Positions 26,605 through 34,165 of a stretch of 34,165 nt of DNA are shown in pieces (position 1 is the stretch's first letter; each line of letters starts with the position of its first letter). The stretch is from Fuscovulum sp. (GTDB lineage Bacteria > Pseudomonadota > Alphaproteobacteria > Rhodobacterales > Rhodobacteraceae), in contig JAGPCN010000002.1 in NCBI GenBank assembly GCA_018058035.1, forward strand, positions 1 to 34,165, given 5' to 3'. Position numbers and translations under genes: made by a program. The notes below the pieces were generated by a model. That model did no database searches and was not told where the DNA came from. It saw only the letters and a list, made by a program, of their open reading frames with translations.

Positions 26605-27693
26605 ATGAGCCTTGGCCCCACCCTTGTCGAACGGCTGGCCCGCGCGCGGGGCGACCTGCGCATGGGCGTGCCCGTGGTGCTGGCCGGCGATGGCGAAGCG
26701 GCGTTGGCCGTCGCGGTGGAATCGCTGACGCCCGCGCGGCTGGCCGATCTGGCCGCGCTGGCCCCGCCCGAACTGGCGCTGACCGCGCGCCGGGCTGAGA
26801 CGCTGAAGACCCCGGCCTATGACGGCGATCTGGTGCGCGTGGCCGTGCCCCCGGGCGCCGGGCTTGACTGGTTGTCGGCGCTGGCCGACCCGGTCGATGA
26901 CCTGCGCGTGCCGATGAAGGGGCCGCTGCGTCCCTTGCGCGACGGAGGGGCCGGGCTGCACCGCGCCGCGCTGCTGCTGGCGAAATCCGCCCGCCTGTTG
27001 CCCGCCGCCGTGCTGGTGCGCATCGACCATCCGCTGACGCTGGCCGCCGACCTGGGCCTGACCTTCCTGCGGCTGGACGAGATCGCGCCCGAGCTGGCCC
27101 GACTGTCGCCGCTGGACGAGGTGGTGGCCGCCCGCCTGCCGATGGCCGCCGCCGGCGCGGGCCGCGTCCACATCTTTCGCCCCGAGGACGGCGGCGACGA
27201 ACACTACGCGATCGAGGTGGGCCAACCCGACCGCGCCCAGCCCGTGCTGGTCCGGCTGCATTCGGCCTGCTTCACCGGCGACGTGCTGGGGTCGCTGAAA
27301 TGCGATTGCGGCCCGCAGCTGCGCGCGGCCCTGGCGCAGATGGGGGCCGAAGGCGGCGGCGTGCTGCTCTATCTGAACCAGGAGGGGCGCGGGATCGGCC
27401 TGGCCAACAAGATGCGCGCCTATGCCTTGCAGGATCAGGGCTTTGACACGGTCGAGGCCAACCACCGCCTGGGCTTTGAAGACGACGAGCGCGATTTCCG
27501 CATCGGCGCCGACCTCTTGCGGCGGATGGGGTTTTCCCAGGTGCGGCTGTTGACCAACAACCCCCGCAAGGTGGCGATGCTGCAATCCTGCGGGCTGACC
27601 GTGACCGAACGGGTGCCGCTGAAGGTGGGCGAAACCCCGCAGAACGCCGCCTATCTGGCGACCAAGGCCGCCAAGTCCGGGCACCTGCTGTGA
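26605..27693 (+). CDS. ribA: GTP cyclohydrolase II with degenerate N-terminal DHBP-synthase-like domain
   Basis: [52 protein letters not shown]. Confidence 0.93.
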   Translation: MSLGPTLVERLARARGDLRMGVPVVLAGDGEAALAVAVESLTPARLADLAALAPPELALTARRAETLKTPAYDGDLVRVAVPPGAGLDWLSALADPVDDLRVPMKGPLRPLRDGGAGLHRAALLLAKSARLLPAAVLVRIDHPLTLAADLGLTFLRLDEIAPELARLSPLDEVVAARLPMAAAGAGRVHIFRPEDGGDEHYAIEVGQPDRAQPVLVRLHSACFTGDVLGSLKCDCGPQLRAALAQMGAEGGGVLLYLNQEGRGIGLANKMRAYALQDQGFDTVEANHRLGFEDDERDFRIGADLLRRMGFSQVRLLTNNPRKVAMLQSCGLTVTERVPLKVGETPQNAAYLATKAAKSGHLL

Positions 27694-28199
27694 CGCCCGC
27701 CGACCTGGTGCTGACCCGCACGGGGCTGCGCTTTGCCGGCCGGCAGTTTCCCTGCACCATCGGGCGGGGCGGGGTGACGACCCGCAAGAGGGAAGGCGAC
27801 GGCTGCACCCCGGTCGGGGTGCATCGCATCGTCGGTTGTCTCTACCGCCCCGACCGGATGGCCCGCCCGGTCGACTGGGCGCTGCCCATCGGGCCTTCGG
27901 ATCTGTGGTCCGACGATCCTGCGGACCCCGACTACAACCTGATGGTCCGCGCGCCTCACCGCTTTTCGCACGAGGCGTTGCGCCGCCCCGACCCGCTGTA
28001 CGACCTGATCCTGCTGACCGACTGGAACTGGCCGCGCGCCGTCGGGGGCCGCGGCTCGGCCATCTTCCTGCACCGCTGGCGCCGCCCCGGCTTTCCCACC
28101 GCCGGTTGCGTGGCCTTTGCGCCCGATGACCTGCTGTGGATCGTGTGCCGCCTGCGTCCCGGCGTGCGGCTGATCGTGCCCGAGGCGCTGGCCCGCTGA
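27690..28199 (+). CDS. L,D-transpeptidase (YkuD) family protein
   Basis: [24 protein letters not shown] (HX..C catalytic motif); GTGA overlap with ribA. Confidence 0.9.
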   Translation: MTPADLVLTRTGLRFAGRQFPCTIGRGGVTTRKREGDGCTPVGVHRIVGCLYRPDRMARPVDWALPIGPSDLWSDDPADPDYNLMVRAPHRFSHEALRRPDPLYDLILLTDWNWPRAVGGRGSAIFLHRWRRPGFPTAGCVAFAPDDLLWIVCRLRPGVRLIVPEALAR

Positions 28200-28206
28200 T
28201 TCCTCT

Positions 28207-28224
28207 TTCCAAACCGCTTTGGAA
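28207..28224. promoter_or_regulatory. LacI-family operator upstream of the GH13 gene
   Basis: TTCCAAAC-CG-CTTTGGAA near-perfect palindrome with the AAnCGnTT core typical of LacI/GalR operators. Confidence 0.65.
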
Positions 28225-28259
28225 TGCCTAATCTGCTGCGATCAAGGGGGAGGGAAGCC

Positions 28260-30146
<1,887 letters not shown>

Positions 30147-30150
30147 CGCC

Positions 30151-30171
30151 CGAATTTTCGACGAAAATTCG
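30151..30171. repeat. Perfect AT-rich palindrome between convergent genes
   Basis: CGAATTTTCG-A-CGAAAATTCG. Confidence 0.6.
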
Positions 30172-30176
30172 AAAGC

Positions 30177-30830
30177 TCAGCCGTAGGCCCGCGCGCCGAA
30201 GATCGCGCTTCCCACGCGCACATGCGTCGCGCCATGGGCAATCGCGGCCTCGAAATCGCCGCTCATCCCCATCGACAGGCCCGCAAGGCCATTCCGCGCC
30301 GCCATGTCGCGCAGCCGGGCAAAGTGAGGCGTGGAGTCCTCTTCCTCTGGCGGAATGCACATCAGGCCCGCCAGCGGCAGCCCCATGCCCCGGCAGGTGG
30401 CGATGAATGCATCGGTATCGGCGGGCAGGACACCCGCCTTCTGCGGTTCGGCCCCGGTGTTCACCTGCACGAACAACTCGGGGCAGGCCCCGCGCGCCTG
30501 GGCCAGCCGGGCCAGCTTTTCCGCCAACGAAGGCCGGTCGACCGTGTGGATCGCGTCGAACAACTCGACCGCGACCTTGGCCTTGTTGGTCTGCAAGGGC
30601 CCGATCATGTGCAGTTCCACCCCCGGAAAGCGCGCCCGCCAGCCGGGCCACTTGGCCGCCGCCTCTTGCACATAATTCTCGCCGAACAGCCGGTGGCCGG
30701 CTTCCAGCACCGCCTCGACCCGCTCGGGCGGCTGCACCTTTGACACCGCGATCAGCCGGACCGACCCTTCCGCCCGCCCCGCCGCCGCTTCGGCCGCGCG
30801 CACGCGCGCCGTGATCTCTGCCAGTCCCAT
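30177..30830 (-). CDS. yggS: PLP homeostasis protein YggS
   Basis: LIAVSK, FGENYVQE, HMIGPLQTNK, QVNTG.EPQKAG, GLMCIPP, LSMGMSGDF, VRVGSAIFG.R. Confidence 0.95.
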   Translation of the reverse strand: MGLAEITARVRAAEAAAGRAEGSVRLIAVSKVQPPERVEAVLEAGHRLFGENYVQEAAAKWPGWRARFPGVELHMIGPLQTNKAKVAVELFDAIHTVDRPSLAEKLARLAQARGACPELFVQVNTGAEPQKAGVLPADTDAFIATCRGMGLPLAGLMCIPPEEEDSTPHFARLRDMAARNGLAGLSMGMSGDFEAAIAHGATHVRVGSAIFGARAYG

Positions 30831-30834
30831 CCGT

Positions 30835-33018
30835 TCAGTCCTTGATCATCCCGTCGGCGCGCAGCCGCGCCAGCATCGGCCCCATCCGGTCGGCATACCT
30901 CTCCCACGCCCGGACGGACCCTTTCGAGATCGGCTGCCGCACCTGGAACACGCTGAGGGTTTCCACCTTGCGGGTGTTTTCATGGAAACTCAGGCAGGCG
31001 TCCTCCCACTCCAGCCCGCAGGCGGCGATCAGGGCGCGGCTTTGCGGTTCGGGGTCGGCCACCAGGTCCTCGTACTGCACCTCGTGGAACCAGCCGGGCA
31101 CCTTGGCGCGCCAGAAGTCGACCATCCGCACGAAGGTGGCATAGTGCCGGGCCAGGTCGACCTGGTCATAGGCATAAAGATGCGTGCCTTCGGGGAAAAC
31201 GTTCTTGTAGATCGACAGCAGCGTGTCGCGCGGGTCGCGGCGCACCACGATGAAGCGCGCGTTGGGCATCGCCAGCTTCATCAGCCCCAGCGTCAGGTAG
31301 GTCTGGATCGACTTGTCGGTGATCTGCGGCGTCTCGGGGAAGCGCGCCTGCATCATGGCGGCGTAGTCCTGCCCCAGCCGGGCGAAGTCGGCGGCCGGAA
31401 TCGCGGTGGCTGGCCGCAGCCGCCCGCCCGCCATCGGCATCAGACGCAAGGCCGACACCGTGCTGTCCGCCAGTTCGCCCGCCCCCGTCACCCGCGAATG
31501 GCTGGCGATGATCTGCTCGATCAGCGTGGTGCCCGAGCGCGGCATCCCGGTGACAAAGATCGGCGCGGCCTCGGTCGTGCCCGGCACCTGCAGACCCTGC
31601 CAATCCATCCCCTCCATCGCGGCGATCAGCTGGTCGACCTGACGTTCGCGTTCGGCGATGTCATAGGGATGGGCCTTGCGCATCAGCGCATTGGCGGGGT
31701 CGAGGAAGTCGAACACCCGGGCGTGGTCCTTGACGTCTTCCAGCGCCTTGGCGATGGCAAAGCCGAAGGACCGGCGGTCGGTCTCGCCGGTGGCGCGGTC
31801 GGCGAAGCGGCGCTCCATCTCGGCCAGCATGGGTTCGCCGGGGGTGGCCTTGTGCGAGGCGTAGTACAGGCGATAGGGCTCTCCGGCGCCGGGATTGGCG
31901 GCGATGGCGGCCAGGAACTGCTCCTCGCCCTCGGCAAACCGGCCAAGCCCCTGAAGGAAGACGCCAAAGGCGCCGCGGATGGCGGCGTTGCCCGGCTCGA
32001 TCGCCAGCGCCTCGCGATAGGTCACCTCGGCCTCGGCGTCCTGGCCCAGGTGGGCGGCGGCCTGCGCCAGCATCATCAGCGGCATCGCGGCCTTGCGGCG
32101 GGTCAGCCGGGCGACCGTGGCAAAGGCCGCATGCGCGGCCGGATAGTCGCGCAGCAGGGTGTGGGCATTGCCCAGGGCCTGCGCGACGTCCTGCCGGTCG
32201 GGGGCCAGCGCGGCGGCGCGGGTCAGCCAGGGCAGGGCGGGGCCGGGCTTGCCCTCGTCCAGCAGCTGAGTGCCAAGACCCGCCAGCGCGGGCAGAAGGT
32301 CGGGCGCCAGCGCGATGGCGGCCCGCCAGGCGCGGCGGGCGTCGTCGGGGCGGCCAAGCCGGCGCAGCACCGGCGCCATGTTGGCCTGCGCTTCGGCATA
32401 GCCCGGAAAGATCCGCAGCGCGGCGGCAAAGCTGTCGACCGCCGCGGTCTCGCGCCCCAGGGCGGCCAACGCGCTGCCGCGCACCGTCGCGGCCAGGGCG
32501 CAGCCCGGATGCGCCCGCAGCAGGCGGTCAGCGGTGGCCTCGGCCTGGGCATGCTTGCCGGCGGTGGCCAGCGCCAGCAACTGCGCCAGCGCCTGTTTCG
32601 GGGCGCCTCCGGTCGGGGGCCGGGTGGCCGCGGCGGCGGCGCCGAAGCGGTCGGCCAGCGGCGCCTTTTGCGGGGCGGCCAGCGGGGCGGCGGCCAAGCG
32701 GCGCAGGAATTCGGCCCGCGCCGCGGCCGAGCCTTCCAGCGCCACGGCATCGGCCAGCGTGGCCCAGACAGCAGGTTGCGCGGGGGCCAGCGCGGCGGCG
32801 GCCTGGGCATGGGTCAGTGCGCGGTCAAGGCGATCGACGGCCAGGAACAGCCGGGCGATCTGGAACTCGACCTCGGGGATACGGGGGTTGGCATCGTGAA
32901 TGGCGCCGAACATCTCTAGTGCGCGCGCGGCATCGCCCGCCTGCATCGCGGTCAGGGCGCGGGCGTAGGCCTCTTTCACCTGCAGGGCCGAGGGGGCGTG
33001 GGTGGGGGCCTTGGGCAT
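30835..33018 (-). CDS. TPR-repeat sulfotransferase family protein
   Basis: Multiple TPR-like helices, then PIFVTGMPRSGTTL (5'-PSB), TDK, RRDPRDTLLS (3'-PB), YEDLV, TLS..QVRQPI. Confidence 0.9.
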   Translation of the reverse strand: MPKAPTHAPSALQVKEAYARALTAMQAGDAARALEMFGAIHDANPRIPEVEFQIARLFLAVDRLDRALTHAQAAAALAPAQPAVWATLADAVALEGSAAARAEFLRRLAAAPLAAPQKAPLADRFGAAAAATRPPTGGAPKQALAQLLALATAGKHAQAEATADRLLRAHPGCALAATVRGSALAALGRETAAVDSFAAALRIFPGYAEAQANMAPVLRRLGRPDDARRAWRAAIALAPDLLPALAGLGTQLLDEGKPGPALPWLTRAAALAPDRQDVAQALGNAHTLLRDYPAAHAAFATVARLTRRKAAMPLMMLAQAAAHLGQDAEAEVTYREALAIEPGNAAIRGAFGVFLQGLGRFAEGEEQFLAAIAANPGAGEPYRLYYASHKATPGEPMLAEMERRFADRATGETDRRSFGFAIAKALEDVKDHARVFDFLDPANALMRKAHPYDIAERERQVDQLIAAMEGMDWQGLQVPGTTEAAPIFVTGMPRSGTTLIEQIIASHSRVTGAGELADSTVSALRLMPMAGGRLRPATAIPAADFARLGQDYAAMMQARFPETPQITDKSIQTYLTLGLMKLAMPNARFIVVRRDPRDTLLSIYKNVFPEGTHLYAYDQVDLARHYATFVRMVDFWRAKVPGWFHEVQYEDLVADPEPQSRALIAACGLEWEDACLSFHENTRKVETLSVFQVRQPISKGSVRAWERYADRMGPMLARLRADGMIKD

Positions 33019-33101
33019 GAAAATCCTTTCCGGTGCCGTGCGGCCGACACCCTAGCGGCGCGTCGGGGGAAAGGGAAGGAAGCGGGCGGCCAAGTGCCGC
33101 C

Positions 33102-33134
33102 AAAAGGAAAAGGGCGGACCTTGCGGCCCGCCCC
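33102..33134 (-). terminator. Intrinsic terminator of the porin gene
   Basis: Minus strand GGGCGGGCC-GCAA-GGTCCGCCC-TTTTCCTTTT. Confidence 0.85.
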
Positions 33135-33158
33135 ATCCTGATCAGAGAGATCGTTCGA

Positions 33159-34085
33159 TCAGAACGACATCCCGAGACCGATCGACCACTGGTCCTGGTC
33201 GCCAGCGGCGATCGAGACGTCCGAGCCCCAGCCGGCCATGACAACGGCGCCACCGCCCAGGTCATAGTTGACGGCCAGGCCGTAGGAGTCGAGCGACGCG
33301 CCGACGTCCGGCGAGATTTCGCCGTAGTTCGCGTTCACCGACAGGGCGCCCGACTTGTAGGTCAGGCCCAGACCGACGTGGTCGAAGTCGACCGCAGCGG
33401 CCGGCTCCAGGTCGTACTGGATGAAGCCCAGCGAGGCCGAGAAGCCCGAGGCCAGTTCGGCGCCGACCGACACACCGGTGGCGGTCGCGTTGACGTTGGC
33501 GAAGTTGCCCTTCTGGTAGCCGAGGCCGAGGTTCAGCGCGGTGCCGCCCAGATCGGCGGTGTACTTCACACCGACGCCCCAGATGTCATCCGGGCCGCCA
33601 GCGGCGCCGTCATCTTCCTGTTCAGCCGAGATCGCGAACGAGATGGCACCGAAGGTGTTCTCGTAGCGAGCCACTTGGTTGTCGCCCTGGGCGTCAAGGC
33701 CGCTGGCGCCGAAGTAGGCGACGTGGGTGGTGTGGTCGTCGGCGATCGAGGTCAGGGCGCCGGCATCCTGAACGGCCCAGTCCAGAGCGCCGTCGGTGTC
33801 GCCCATGGTCAGCTTGCCGAACGAGCCCGAGATATACACGGTGGTGCCCGAGTCGTCGTTCAGGGCGACGTTGCCTTCGTCGAGGTCGATCGCGGCGCCG
33901 AATTCCAGGCCGCCATCGGTGGTGCCCGACATGGTGAACGTCACTTCGACATCCTGCCAGAAGGCGATGTCACCGGCCGAGTCCGACCAAATACCCATTT
34001 CGGCGTAGCCCGACACGGCGACTTCGGCGGCGGCGAAGCCGGCGGTGCCCGCCAGCATCGTGGTAGCAAGGAGAAGCTTCTTCAT
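33159..34085 (-). CDS. Outer-membrane porin (Rhodobacter type)
   Basis: MKKLLLATTML signal peptide, SGYAEMG, F.MSG.TDGGLEFGA, GDTDGALD, YDLGGGA, C-terminal Phe; strongly biased codon usage. Confidence 0.95.
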   Translation of the reverse strand: MKKLLLATTMLAGTAGFAAAEVAVSGYAEMGIWSDSAGDIAFWQDVEVTFTMSGTTDGGLEFGAAIDLDEGNVALNDDSGTTVYISGSFGKLTMGDTDGALDWAVQDAGALTSIADDHTTHVAYFGASGLDAQGDNQVARYENTFGAISFAISAEQEDDGAAGGPDDIWGVGVKYTADLGGTALNLGLGYQKGNFANVNATATGVSVGAELASGFSASLGFIQYDLEPAAAVDFDHVGLGLTYKSGALSVNANYGEISPDVGASLDSYGLAVNYDLGGGAVVMAGWGSDVSIAAGDQDQWSIGLGMSF

Positions 34086-34165
34086 CGTTTTCCCTCGTTG
34101 ATTCAAGGATGCCCAACTCAGGGGAATCCGAATTGGGTATGGAGCGTATTTCGGTCTTCGGGCCG

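Noticed and set aside
25738-28212. 824-aa ORF suggesting a giant response-regulator fusion
   Set aside because: The first ~596 aa are the antisense shadow of ribA and the ldt gene; the real protein starts at ATG 26424.

Overview
High-GC alphaproteobacterial chromosome window, most likely Rhodobacteraceae (inferred from gene content: mcl1-accA, argH-lipoproteins-lysA-TIGR02302, ftsEX, Rhodobacter-type porin). It holds about 35 mostly housekeeping CDSs: pyk, dgcA-dat-azlCD, mcl1, accA-sugE, plsC-ftsX-ftsE, lysA, argH, tlpA, xth, an OmpR-family regulator, ribA, an L,D-transpeptidase, yggS and a porin. Apparent accessory insertions are an RTX protein, a FecR-Crp-CHASE2 adenylate cyclase cassette, an MFS transporter, an amylosucrase-like GH13 and a TPR sulfotransferase. 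The most interesting signal is non-coding, at about 23.1-25.7 kb. A perfect Clr-type box directly after the cyclase gene sits at class II activator spacing from a -10 element and a structured ~100-nt candidate sRNA. Two sibling CCUCCCUGUUGGACU sRNAs (suhB/MmgR/alpha-r8-like) flank the MFS gene, one behind an FNR box and one behind a CtrA-like box. Several copies of a GAA-loop palindromic repeat with compensatory stem changes, and two small lipoprotein genes (one absent from the ORF track), were also found. No rRNA, tRNA, CRISPR array or intact transposase was seen. All calls are by eye, without database searches.
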